Sequence record: DRR723986_14244
Strand: one strand, 5' to 3'
Length of the DNA stretch: 64,000 nucleotides
Made by a program: the position numbers and the translations under genes
The notes under the pieces: model-generated
Databases searched by the model: none
What the model saw: the letters and a program-made list of their open reading frames with translations, nothing else
What the model was told of the DNA's origin: nothing
Part shown: piece after piece, positions 39,069-48,948 of the stretch
Layout of the letters: each line of letters starts with the position of its first letter
Numbering within the stretch: the stretch's first letter is position 1

Positions 39069-40649
39069 ATGAAAAAACTACTTTCTATTTTTTGTGCTAC
39101 CGGATTAATGATAAGTTGCGGTACATCTTCTAAAAGTTCTGCACCAGCAGCAAAAGCGCCTGAAGTTGAAACGGTAAATCCAACAAAATATGCATCAACT
39201 ATTACATCTGATGAATTAAAGACAATGTTGTATAAATATGCCTCAGATGAATTTGAAGGTCGTGAAACAGGGGAGAAAGGTCAAAAAATGGCTGTTGAAT
39301 ATTTAAAATCACTATATGTAGATATGGGTATTCCTAGTCCATTAGGTGGTGATAATTACTTTCAAGAAGTACCTCTTGAAAAACAAAGTGTTTCAGAGGC
39401 AATATTATCAGTGAATGGCAAAAGCTTTGAAAGCTTTAAAGATCATATTGTGTTAAGAGCTTCTGGAAGTAACAACTTCTCTATTAATGACATAGTTTAT
39501 GTTGGTTACGGTATAGATGCTGATGACTATTCAGATTATAAGGATATTGATGTAAAAGGGAAAATTGTATTAGCCAAAGCAGGTGAACCGAAAGATGAAA
39601 ACGGTAATTATGTAACCTCAGGAACTACTGAAGACACAAAGTGGACCAATGGTCGTCAATCATTATCCAGTAAAAGAGATGCTGCAAAAGAAAACGGAGC
39701 TGCTGGATTATTATTTATGGACGATAGTTTATTTGCAATGTATGCACCTTATTTTCAAAGACAAGCAGCATCTGGTCGCTCTGGTAGACTTTCCTTAAAG
39801 AGCAATGAAAAAGAAATGATGATGCTTATGATAACACAAAACTTAGGTAAAGCAATATACAATGTTATAAACGAAGATAGTTCACCAAAAACAGTTAATA
39901 CTCAGCTAAATTTAGCAATTGAGAATAAATCAGAAAGTGTTTCCTCAGAAAACGTATTAGCCTTTATAGAAGGTTCTGAAAAGCCTGAAGAAATCATAGT
40001 TATATCCGCACACTTAGATCATGAAGGTATTAAAGAGGGTGAAGTTTACAATGGTGCTGATGACGATGGATCTGGTACGATAGCAATAATAGAAATAGCA
40101 GAAGCTTTTAAAATGGCTAAAAAAGAAGGGCATGGTCCAAAGCGTAGTATTTTATTTTTGCATGTAACTGGTGAAGAAAAAGGTTTATTAGGTTCTAGAC
40201 ACTATACCGATAATGACCCTATTTTTCCCTTAGAAAACACTATTGCCAATCTTAATATTGATATGATTGGCAGAACAGACCCTAAGCGAAAGGAAGGAGA
40301 TAGAAATTATGTTTATCTTATTGGAAGTGACAAGTTAAGTACAGAATTACATGAGATTTCTGAAACAGTAAATTCAAAATTTACCAACGTGGAGCTTGAC
40401 TATACTTACAATGACGAGAATGACCCAAATCGTTTTTATTACAGGTCAGATCATTATAATTTTGCGAAAAACAATATTCCTGTAATATTTTATTTTAATG
40501 GTACACATGATGATTATCATAGACCATCAGATACACCAGATAAAATAGAATATGACTTGTTAGAAAACAGAGCCAGATTAGTATTTCATACAGCATGGGA
40601 AGTCGCTAACAGAGACATAAGAATAATTGTTGATAAAGCGACAGAATAA
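39069..40649 (+). CDS. M28 family peptidase with PA insert (lipoprotein)
   Basis: SAHLDH, GADDDGSG, GEEKG, NIDMIGR, RSDH. Confidence 0.9.
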   Translation: MKKLLSIFCATGLMISCGTSSKSSAPAAKAPEVETVNPTKYASTITSDELKTMLYKYASDEFEGRETGEKGQKMAVEYLKSLYVDMGIPSPLGGDNYFQEVPLEKQSVSEAILSVNGKSFESFKDHIVLRASGSNNFSINDIVYVGYGIDADDYSDYKDIDVKGKIVLAKAGEPKDENGNYVTSGTTEDTKWTNGRQSLSSKRDAAKENGAAGLLFMDDSLFAMYAPYFQRQAASGRSGRLSLKSNEKEMMMLMITQNLGKAIYNVINEDSSPKTVNTQLNLAIENKSESVSSENVLAFIEGSEKPEEIIVISAHLDHEGIKEGEVYNGADDDGSGTIAIIEIAEAFKMAKKEGHGPKRSILFLHVTGEEKGLLGSRHYTDNDPIFPLENTIANLNIDMIGRTDPKRKEGDRNYVYLIGSDKLSTELHEISETVNSKFTNVELDYTYNDENDPNRFYYRSDHYNFAKNNIPVIFYFNGTHDDYHRPSDTPDKIEYDLLENRARLVFHTAWEVANRDIRIIVDKATE

Positions 40650-40666
40650 AATTTGTTATACCAAAC

Positions 40667-40697
40667 AAAAAAAGCCTTTCAATACTGAAAGGCTTTA
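40667..40697. terminator. bidirectional terminator
   Basis: AAAGCCTTTCA/TGAAAGGCTTT hairpin between convergent M28 gene and tRNA-His. Confidence 0.75.
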
Positions 40698-40703
40698 TTT
40701 TTG

Positions 40704-40778
40704 GGTGGAAGATGGGACTCGAACCCACGACATCTGGTACCACAAACCAGCGCTCTAACCAACTGAGCTACAACCACC
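40704..40778 (-). tRNA. tRNA-His(GTG)
   Basis: GGTGGTTGTAGCTCAGTTGGTTAGAGCGCTGGTTTGTGGTACCAG...GGTTCGAGTCCCATCTTCCACC; G-1 present, CCA not encoded. Confidence 0.95.
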
Positions 40779-40836
40779 ATTTTAATTAGGATGTAAATGT
40801 AAAATATTTACATTTTTCTACAAAGTGTTTTTTAGC

Positions 40837-41559
40837 TTATTTTAAATCAAAAAGACTATTAACCGCAGGATACCTTTCAACCGTAAACCCTTCAGCATAC
40901 TCAACACCAATTAGTCGACCTAAATTACGTGCGCGATATTCAATACTATCAATAAAATTCTTGCTCGAAATTGGTGTCTCTGGCTCATCACTGTTCGGGT
41001 CAAAAAATTGGGTTTTATAAGCTAAAACAGATTCCAGTTTTTTATCCATATATCCTGTTACGTCTAATGCTATATCTGGTTCTATATCTTTCCATTGAAT
41101 ATAGTGATAAACTGCTTTTGGTCTCCATGCCTCTTGCAATGAATCATCATCTTTATATACTGTTTCAATTTTTCGCAATCCACTCAGAAAGCAAGCATCA
41201 CTAACAAGAGCACTCCCTTTACCATGATCTATATGTCTATCCTCAATTGCGTTGCATAAAATTATTTCTGGTTTAAAATACCTAATCATTTTAATTAGCT
41301 CTAACTGATGCGCTTTATCATTAACAAAAAAGCCATCCGCAAATCTCATATTTACTCTAGATTGTACACCTAATATTTTACCAGCATTAAAGGCTTCTTC
41401 ATCTCTAGTTTCAGCGGTTCCACGTGTACCTAATTCACCTCTGGTGAGATCTATAATCCCAACCTTATTTCCATTGGCAACCTCTTTAGCTATTGTAGCT
41501 CCGCAACCTAATTCCACGTCATCTGGATGTGCTCCAATGGCTAATACGTCTAATTTCAT
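40837..41559 (-). CDS. bshB1: bacillithiol biosynthesis deacetylase BshB1
   Basis: AHPDDVELGCG, LTRGELGTRG, RHIDH. Confidence 0.85.
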   Translation of the reverse strand: MKLDVLAIGAHPDDVELGCGATIAKEVANGNKVGIIDLTRGELGTRGTAETRDEEAFNAGKILGVQSRVNMRFADGFFVNDKAHQLELIKMIRYFKPEIILCNAIEDRHIDHGKGSALVSDACFLSGLRKIETVYKDDDSLQEAWRPKAVYHYIQWKDIEPDIALDVTGYMDKKLESVLAYKTQFFDPNSDEPETPISSKNFIDSIEYRARNLGRLIGVEYAEGFTVERYPAVNSLFDLK

Positions 41560-41711
41560 ACTTCTTTTTTGTTTTCTCGATTGTCAAAAATATTAAAAAG
41601 TAGATAGATTATCGATTTCTTTTTATAACGCAAACGGTTTCGATTGAAAAAACGATAAATAAATAATTAAAATACTAACTAAAATTGAAAAATTCGTAAA
41701 TCAATAAAAGC

Positions 41712-41725
41712 ATGACATTCGTCAT
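41712..41725 (+). promoter_or_regulatory. FNR-like box upstream of SLC13-pckA
   Basis: ATGACATTCGTCAT palindrome, 22 nt before TAACTTTA (41748). Confidence 0.7.
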
Positions 41726-41781
41726 AATAATTGGTTGCTATTGCCTGTAACTTTACAGTATACTTACAGATAGTAGATACT

Positions 41782-43620
41782 ATGGGCTTAATGTTAGCAA
41801 TTTTAATAATTACAATCGCCTTATTCATTTGGGGAAAATTTACGCCAGACATAATCGCTCTAATTTCTATGATTAGTTTGTTTATTTTTGGAATTTTAAC
41901 ACTCAACGAAACACTAAGCGGCTTTAGTAACTCAACGGTAATTATGATTGCTGCACTCTTCATAATCGGTGAAGGCCTATCTCAAACTGGTTGGACAGCA
42001 GTGGCAGGTCAAAAATTTATTAAAATGGCTGGTAAAAGCACAACAAGACTCCTATTAATTACCACTTTAGGATCTGGTTTACTATCTGGTGTTGTTAGCA
42101 ATACTGGTACAGTTGCAACACTTATGCCTGTTACAATATCATCTGCATGGAGTATTGGAACCTTACCTTCAAAATTACTGATGCCTGTTGCATTTGGATC
42201 TAATACTGGTGGTTTACTAACACTAACAGGTACACCACCTAATATTATTGTAAATAACACCATGCTTGAAAGTGGACTAGAGGGGTTTTCATTCTTTGAA
42301 TTTGCTTTAATAGGACTTCCGTTATTATTAATAGCACTACTCTACTTCAGATTTGTGGGCTATAAACTACTACCTAATAACAAAACGAATAACAAACCTA
42401 TAGACATAGGCACCACTTTACACAAATGGATCGAAGCTTATAAAGTTGATGATGATTATTATAGGCTGAGGGTAAGATCAGTATCTCCATTACTTAATAC
42501 TAAATTAGGCGACTGGGATTTTGAAAACACTTATAAAGTCTCAATCATTAGAATAAAAAGAAGACATCCAAGTATAATAAAAGGAAATGATCCTTTCATT
42601 GAATTCCCAACAAATAACACAGAATTTTTATATCACGATATCATTACAGTAAAAGGAGATACAAAGGCCATTAACTCCATAATGATAAAATTTAGATTAG
42701 GTCTTTTACCACTAGAACCTATTAAAGACGAATTAAGAAATAATCTTATTAACCAAGAGGTGGGAATGGCAGAAGTTTTAGTGACACCTAAATCTGTGCT
42801 AGTTGGAAGAAAAATAAGGTTAGGGAATTTCTTTAAAAGATTTGGTGTGCAATTAATGGCAGCATCTAGAAACAATGTCCCGTTTACGGAGAGGGAAATT
42901 ACTATTAAAGCCGGTGACGCCTTCTTAATAAGAGGTATTTGGAGTGACATAGAACAATTAAAACAACATCACGAAAATCTTGTCATCTGCGGTAGCCCTG
43001 AGGGTATGGCCAAAACCATCACAAATATTACATATAAATCCTATATAGCGCTAATTGCATTAATCCTTATGATTGTCCTTTTAGTATTTAAAATTGTACC
43101 TGGATCTATTGCGGCACTTATTTCAGCAGGCATTATACTAATTACAGGTTGTATACCAATTAGTAAAGCTTATAAAGGCATAAGCTGGATAAGTGTTATA
43201 ATGATAGCCGCAATGATACCAATGGGCTTAGCGCTGCAAAAAACAGGTACAGCAAAACTTATTGCAAACGGACTTGTTGATACTTTAGGCAGCCTGCATC
43301 CTTTAGCATTATTAGCAGGTGTGTTTTTGTTAACCACAGGCTTTAGTCAAGTAATAAATAATTCAGCTACGGCAGTATTAATGGCTCCAATAGTAATAAT
43401 TGCAGCAAATAGCTTAAGTCTTTCGGCCGCACCATTTATGATTGCTGTGGCTATAAGTGCTTCGACGGCTTTTTTAACTCCAGTTGGCACAACAACAAAT
43501 GCAATGGTTATGACATCTGGAGGATACAAATTTATTGATTACGTTAAAGTGGGTGCGCCATTGCTCCTGCTATTCCTAATAACAACATTAACATTAGTGC
43601 CAATTATTTGGCCATTTTAA
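41782..43620 (+). CDS. SLC13/DASS family permease with TrkA-C domains
   Basis: GGLLTLTGTPPN, INNSAT, AFLTPVG, GGYKFIDY; likely start MGLML (41782). Confidence 0.88.
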   Translation: MGLMLAILIITIALFIWGKFTPDIIALISMISLFIFGILTLNETLSGFSNSTVIMIAALFIIGEGLSQTGWTAVAGQKFIKMAGKSTTRLLLITTLGSGLLSGVVSNTGTVATLMPVTISSAWSIGTLPSKLLMPVAFGSNTGGLLTLTGTPPNIIVNNTMLESGLEGFSFFEFALIGLPLLLIALLYFRFVGYKLLPNNKTNNKPIDIGTTLHKWIEAYKVDDDYYRLRVRSVSPLLNTKLGDWDFENTYKVSIIRIKRRHPSIIKGNDPFIEFPTNNTEFLYHDIITVKGDTKAINSIMIKFRLGLLPLEPIKDELRNNLINQEVGMAEVLVTPKSVLVGRKIRLGNFFKRFGVQLMAASRNNVPFTEREITIKAGDAFLIRGIWSDIEQLKQHHENLVICGSPEGMAKTITNITYKSYIALIALILMIVLLVFKIVPGSIAALISAGIILITGCIPISKAYKGISWISVIMIAAMIPMGLALQKTGTAKLIANGLVDTLGSLHPLALLAGVFLLTTGFSQVINNSATAVLMAPIVIIAANSLSLSAAPFMIAVAISASTAFLTPVGTTTNAMVMTSGGYKFIDYVKVGAPLLLLFLITTLTLVPIIWPF

Positions 43621-43631
43621 ACTTTAAACTC

Positions 43632-45269
43632 ATGGAAACATTATTAAAAGAACCGATTATGAAAACAAGAGATCTTACAAAGTACAGAATTAAAGATGCC
43701 AAGGTACATTGGAATTTATCGCCGGAAGAATTACAAGCCATTACCATTGAAAAAGGTATGGGTAGAGAAACAGCGAACGGAACATTAGCTATTAACACAG
43801 GAAAATTTACGGGACGTTCTCCTCAAGACCGATTTTTAGTTAAGGATGATTATACCGAAGATAGAGTTTGGTGGGGAAAAACCAATAAAGGTATTTCACC
43901 TGAAAATTTTGACTATTTACAAAATGAAATTGAAAACTATTTAAGCGGAAAGGAAATATTTGCCAGAGATGGATATGTATGTGCTGATCCTAAGTATAGA
44001 CTTAATGTTAGAACCATTACCGAATATCCTTGGTCTAACATGTTTATTTACAACATGTTCTTAAGACCTGAAGCTTCTGAATTAGAAAATTTTGAAGAAG
44101 ATTGGTTAGTATTATGTGCTCCTGGATATGAATGTACAGAACCATCTAAATACGGGATTAGACAAGGCAACTTTTCAATTTTAAATTTCACTAAAAAGAT
44201 TGCTTTAGTAGGTGGATCTGCTTACACAGGTGAAATGAAAAAAGGGATTTTCTCTGCGTTAAATATGATTTTACCTGTAGATAAAAATGTTCTTCCAATG
44301 CACTGTTCTGCAAATGTAGGTGAAGATGGTGATACTGCAATTTTCTTTGGTTTATCAGGTACAGGTAAAACAACTTTATCTGCTGATCCGGACAGAAAAT
44401 TAATAGGTGACGACGAGCATGGATGGACAGCTGAAAACAGAATATTTAATTTTGAAGGTGGTTGCTACGCCAAAGTAATTGACTTAACTGAAGAAAAAGA
44501 ACCTGAGATATATAGAGCAATTAAACCAGGAGCAATTTTAGAAAATGTAGTATTTAAAGACAATAATGAAGTTGACTATTTTGATAGTTCTATAACTCAA
44601 AATACACGTGTTAGTTATCCTATTTACAATATAGATAATATTCAGGTTCCATCTTATGCAGATAATCCTAAAAACATCTTCTTCTTAACTTGTGATGCCT
44701 TTGGTGTTCTACCTCCTGTATCTAAGTTAACACCAGGACAAGCAGCATATCATTTTATTTCTGGATATACTGCAAAAGTTGCTGGTACTGAAGCAGGTAT
44801 TACTGAGCCTGTACCTTCATTCTCTGCATGTTTCGGTGAGCCATTTATGCCATTACACCCAACTAAATACGCAGAGATGTTAAGTAAGAAAATGCAAGAA
44901 GCTGGTGTTAATGTTTGGCTACTAAACACAGGCTGGAGTGGCGGTCCTTACGGAGTAGGCTCACGTATTAAATTAAAATATACTAGAGCGATGATTACTG
45001 CAATTTTAGAAGGGAAACTGGATGATGTAGAATTTGAACAACATCCAATATTTGGTTTATTTATGCCAAAAGAGTGTCCTAATGTACCTGCAGAAATGCT
45101 AGATCCAATTAACACTTGGTTACAAAAAGGTGCTTATGTGAGTAAAGCTATTCAGTTAGCACATTCATTCCACTTAAATTTTGAAAAATTTGTAAGTGAG
45201 GCATCTGAACATATTATAGAAGGCGGTCCATTAATTGATGAACATCATCACTTAAACGACCACGTTTAA
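43632..45269 (+). CDS. pckA: PEP carboxykinase (ATP)
   Basis: TGRSP, YTGEMKKG, MHCSAN, GLSGTGKTTLS, GDDEHGW, EGGCYAK. Confidence 0.96.
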   Translation: METLLKEPIMKTRDLTKYRIKDAKVHWNLSPEELQAITIEKGMGRETANGTLAINTGKFTGRSPQDRFLVKDDYTEDRVWWGKTNKGISPENFDYLQNEIENYLSGKEIFARDGYVCADPKYRLNVRTITEYPWSNMFIYNMFLRPEASELENFEEDWLVLCAPGYECTEPSKYGIRQGNFSILNFTKKIALVGGSAYTGEMKKGIFSALNMILPVDKNVLPMHCSANVGEDGDTAIFFGLSGTGKTTLSADPDRKLIGDDEHGWTAENRIFNFEGGCYAKVIDLTEEKEPEIYRAIKPGAILENVVFKDNNEVDYFDSSITQNTRVSYPIYNIDNIQVPSYADNPKNIFFLTCDAFGVLPPVSKLTPGQAAYHFISGYTAKVAGTEAGITEPVPSFSACFGEPFMPLHPTKYAEMLSKKMQEAGVNVWLLNTGWSGGPYGVGSRIKLKYTRAMITAILEGKLDDVEFEQHPIFGLFMPKECPNVPAEMLDPINTWLQKGAYVSKAIQLAHSFHLNFEKFVSEASEHIIEGGPLIDEHHHLNDHV

Positions 45270-45283
45270 TAATTCCATGACGG

Positions 45284-45312
45284 AAAAGAGCCCAGAAATG
45301 GGCTCTTTTTTA
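45284..45312 (+). terminator. intrinsic terminator after pckA
   Basis: AAAAGAGCCCA/TGGGCTCTTTT plus T-run. Confidence 0.75.
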
Positions 45313-45323
45313 TTAAAATTAAA

Positions 45324-46043
45324 ATGAAGACACTTACAATCCTAGCATCACTGCTTTGCTATTCAGCATCTTTATTTTCTCAAAATCCTACTGAAGATTT
45401 CTTAGGCTCATGGTATACTTACGGAAGCAATCATCGTTTAAGTGAAAAATATAGTATAACCCCTTACGGAGAACTTCGATTATATGAACCTTCATCAAAC
45501 TATAATTTAACCTTTTTATCTTTTAGAGCAAACTACCACATCAAGGGTAATCAGTCCATTGGTCTGGGTTACGCCTATTTAGATATTGATACTGTTTTTG
45601 AATTTGACAATCAGCCAAATGTGCAAGAAAATAGGATTTTTGAACAATACGTCTTCAACCATAATTTAGGCAAACTAAAACTGCAACATCGAGGTCGATT
45701 GGAACAACGATTTCAAGATTTCACACCTAATTCAGAATTGCAAAATCGATTCAGATATAAAATACAGGCTAGGTATGATATCAATAAAACCTTGTTTTTA
45801 GTAGTGTCAGAAGAACCTTTTGTGAACTTTCAAGATCAGGTTTTTCACGAAAATAGATTCTACACTGGCTTAGGTATAAATTTTCTCAAAAACTCACAAT
45901 TACAAATTGGTTATTTAAAGCAACATATCCGAAAAAATAATCTAAATCGAATTCAGATGGGTATAAGTATACAAACTGATGCCAGAAAACAAAATACTAT
46001 AGTAAATCTATCGCATTATTTATATCGCGCTTTATGTCCTTAA
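45324..46043 (+). CDS. DUF2490-like outer-membrane beta-barrel protein
   Basis: Signal peptide, ENRIFEQ, HRGRLEQRF, NRFRY. Confidence 0.75.
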   Translation: MKTLTILASLLCYSASLFSQNPTEDFLGSWYTYGSNHRLSEKYSITPYGELRLYEPSSNYNLTFLSFRANYHIKGNQSIGLGYAYLDIDTVFEFDNQPNVQENRIFEQYVFNHNLGKLKLQHRGRLEQRFQDFTPNSELQNRFRYKIQARYDINKTLFLVVSEEPFVNFQDQVFHENRFYTGLGINFLKNSQLQIGYLKQHIRKNNLNRIQMGISIQTDARKQNTIVNLSHYLYRALCP

Positions 46044-47139
46044 TATTTTCTATTCCTACTGAAAAACGAATCAATTGATCACTAATTCCCACCTTGTCAC
46101 GCTCCTCTTGAGTTAATAAGGCGTGTGAAGTTAAATGAGGAGAAATAACAGTACTTTCGATACCTGCCAAACTCATTGATGATTTAATTAATTTAAGTTG
46201 TTTTTGAAATTTAATAGAATCTAAATCTTGAGTCAATTCAAAAGAAAGCATCGCCCCAAATCCCTTCATTTGGCTCTTTGCCAATTTATATTCTGGATGT
46301 GATTTTAAACCTGGGTAATATACTTTTGAAACCTTTGGATGTTTATTTAACCATTTAGCTAATTTCATTGCGTTCTTAGTTTGTTCTTTAACTCTCAATC
46401 CCAGAGTTTTCATACTTCGTTCTAGCATCCAAACCGTCATATCACTAAGATTTCCTCCTAGATTTTTACCAACATTCCAAATACGTTCAATATGTTCGGT
46501 TGTACTTGCAACTGCACCTGCACAAATATCACTATGACCACCAAAATATTTTGTTGCAGAATGCATTACCATATCAATTCCAAAATCAATTGGGTTTTGA
46601 TTTACAGGTGATGCAAATGTATTGTCCATAGATGTTAGAATACCTTTAGTTTTTCCAAGCTTAGCTATAGCCTTCATATCTGTAATGGTCATTAAAGGAT
46701 TAGATGGTGTTTCAATATGAATCAATTTTGTGTTTGGTTTAATTGAATTTTCAAAATCATTCACCGTATAACCATTGGTAAAAGTAAATTCAATACCATA
46801 TTTAGGAAACTCCTCCTTTATAAAATTAACTGTACCACCATAAAGGGTATTTTGAACCACAAGATGATCACCTTTTTGAAGAAATGTGAGGAACATTGTA
46901 CTAATAGCAGCCATTCCTGACCCAAAAATCATTGCAGCTTCTGTATGCTCTAAAGCAGCGATTTTTTTTGATAAATATTCTTGATTTGGTGTGTTAAAAT
47001 ATCTTGGATAGCGTTTTATCTCAACATCCAAAAATTCATATGACGAACTTAAATACATTGGTGATACTGCACCTTTAAATTGTTCATCTTTTACTTCACC
47101 CACGTGTATGCACATTGTATTTAATCCTAGTTTTTTCAT
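45997..47139 (-). CDS. PLP-dependent trans-sulfuration enzyme (cystathionine lyase/synthase family)
   Basis: SGMAAI, ETPSNP, DNTFASP, HSATKYFGGHSD. Confidence 0.92.
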   Translation of the reverse strand: MKKLGLNTMCIHVGEVKDEQFKGAVSPMYLSSSYEFLDVEIKRYPRYFNTPNQEYLSKKIAALEHTEAAMIFGSGMAAISTMFLTFLQKGDHLVVQNTLYGGTVNFIKEEFPKYGIEFTFTNGYTVNDFENSIKPNTKLIHIETPSNPLMTITDMKAIAKLGKTKGILTSMDNTFASPVNQNPIDFGIDMVMHSATKYFGGHSDICAGAVASTTEHIERIWNVGKNLGGNLSDMTVWMLERSMKTLGLRVKEQTKNAMKLAKWLNKHPKVSKVYYPGLKSHPEYKLAKSQMKGFGAMLSFELTQDLDSIKFQKQLKLIKSSMSLAGIESTVISPHLTSHALLTQEERDKVGISDQLIRFSVGIENIKDIKRDINNAIDLL

Positions 47140-47180
47140 GGCATAAAAATAATAGATTAATACTTAATCACTAAAATATT

Positions 47181-48053
47181 TTAATTCTTATTGAGATAAT
47201 ACATCACAATGACATGCGGTATTGTAATAGCCGCTAAAAAGGCAAAAAATAAAGTAATAAATCGGATGTCAAAACTTTCGGAAATATAAAATACTATTAC
47301 CAATCCAACTAATGAAATCAACCAATAAATAACAGAAGACTTAATATAACTAATTAAGTTACTTGCATTAAATTTACCATGTAGCGATTGTATTTGATCT
47401 TTTAAAGATGGTAGTGAATGCCATACAATAAAATATATGGCAAAAGCCCATAATAATGAAGCCAGCTTAAATAATAAAGCGAAAAGTAAGATCAAAAATA
47501 CCTCCCTAAAAAAATCAACGTCTTTTTTAAAATTGGACAGGCTTACATATCCAAAAATACAAGTCATTATAATTCCAATTACAAGAAATACCAGATAGTA
47601 ATATTTTGAGAAAGAAAATCCTGTTAACTCTGAAATGATTGAGTCAGTTGCTTCATAATTAAAATAGAAAAGAAGACCAAATATTAATATACCATATCCG
47701 GCATAAAGAAATTGATTAATTCGAGTAGAACTTTCTAATTGACTACTAAAATGTTGTTCACCAAAATGATAACAACTAAAAGCTATAAAAATCAATAAGG
47801 CCGAAAGTGGTAATTTTATGAACACAAAACATGTAATTAAAACTAATAAAACATAAAATAACAGGTATCTCGTTATATGATTTGAGGATCCTTTATTTAA
47901 AAATCTTATTAAAGCTATATCATTAGATCCATGAAAAATACCAACCGTTAAAATTAAAATATAGGCAAAATATGATTCATAAGTGTCTTGTAATCTTTGA
48001 GTTAACCATAGTAAAAAGACTGTAATAAACAAATTATAATTTGACAATTTCAT
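47181..48053 (-). CDS. blh: beta-carotene 15,15'-dioxygenase Blh
   Basis: GIFHGSND, YHFGEQH, WHS, TIPH His motifs; divergent from the rhodopsin gene. Confidence 0.92.
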   Translation of the reverse strand: MKLSNYNLFITVFLLWLTQRLQDTYESYFAYILILTVGIFHGSNDIALIRFLNKGSSNHITRYLLFYVLLVLITCFVFIKLPLSALLIFIAFSCYHFGEQHFSSQLESSTRINQFLYAGYGILIFGLLFYFNYEATDSIISELTGFSFSKYYYLVFLVIGIIMTCIFGYVSLSNFKKDVDFFREVFLILLFALLFKLASLLWAFAIYFIVWHSLPSLKDQIQSLHGKFNASNLISYIKSSVIYWLISLVGLVIVFYISESFDIRFITLFFAFLAAITIPHVIVMYYLNKN

Positions 48054-48157
48054 AATACAAAGGTATGTTTTTTTGATTATTGTTAAATTTTTTATTAAAA
48101 TTTTACAGAATTATTGTTTACGTTTTTATATTTTTGTTTCAACAAAATTAAATAAAC

Positions 48158-48898
48158 ATGAAAATACTAACCATTTTATTAGCTGATGTAAGCAAAATTG
48201 CTACTGATGACTATGTAGGCTTTACGTTCTTTGTTGGATGTATGGCTATGATGGCCGCTTCGGCCTTTTTCTTTTTATCAATGAATTCATTTGATAAGAA
48301 ATGGAGAACTTCAATCCTTGTGTCAGGATTGATTACATTTATTGCAGCTGTGCACTATTGGTACATGCGAGACTATTGGGCAGCTGTTGGAGAATCTCCA
48401 ACTTTCTTTAGGTACGTTGATTGGGTCTTAACCGTTCCATTGATGTGCGTTGAATTTTATTTAATCCTAAAAGTAGCAGGGGCTAAAAAGGCCATGATGT
48501 GGAAATTAATTTTCCTATCAGTTGTAATGTTAGTTACGGGCTATTTTGGTGAAGCAGTTTACACCACAGGTAACGGACCTGCAGTATGGGGTTTAATTTC
48601 TGGACTAGCTTATTTTGCTATTGCATATATGATATGGTTCGGAGAAGCAAAACAACTTGCGGAACAAGCGGGTGGTGCTGTATTAAAAGCACATAAAACG
48701 CTATGCTGGTTCGTACTCGTCGGTTGGGCTATTTATCCTTTAGGATATATGGCTGGTACTGAAGGATGGTACGATGGTATTGCTAATTTAGGACTGAATA
48801 TGGATGTCATCTACAACATAGGAGATGCAGTAAATAAGATAGGTTTTGGTCTTGTTGTTTACGGTGCGGCCGTTGCAGCATCTTCTGACGAAGCATAA
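48158..48898 (+). CDS. green-absorbing proteorhodopsin
   Basis: 7 TM; RYVDWVLTVPLMCVE (D88/T92/E99 DTE, tuning residue M96), H66, DAVNK retinal Lys227. Confidence 0.96.
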   Translation: MKILTILLADVSKIATDDYVGFTFFVGCMAMMAASAFFFLSMNSFDKKWRTSILVSGLITFIAAVHYWYMRDYWAAVGESPTFFRYVDWVLTVPLMCVEFYLILKVAGAKKAMMWKLIFLSVVMLVTGYFGEAVYTTGNGPAVWGLISGLAYFAIAYMIWFGEAKQLAEQAGGAVLKAHKTLCWFVLVGWAIYPLGYMAGTEGWYDGIANLGLNMDVIYNIGDAVNKIGFGLVVYGAAVAASSDEA

Positions 48899-48916
48899 CT
48901 TATCATCACATAAAAT

Positions 48917-48948
48917 AAAAAACCCCCTGTATCAAGGGGGTTTTTTTT
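48917..48948. terminator. bidirectional terminator
   Basis: AAAAAACCCCCT...AGGGGGTTTTTTTT. Confidence 0.8.

Noticed and set aside
47140-47180. SAM riboswitch before the trans-sulfuration gene
   Set aside because: Only ~40 nt of AT-rich intergenic sequence, no aptamer motif
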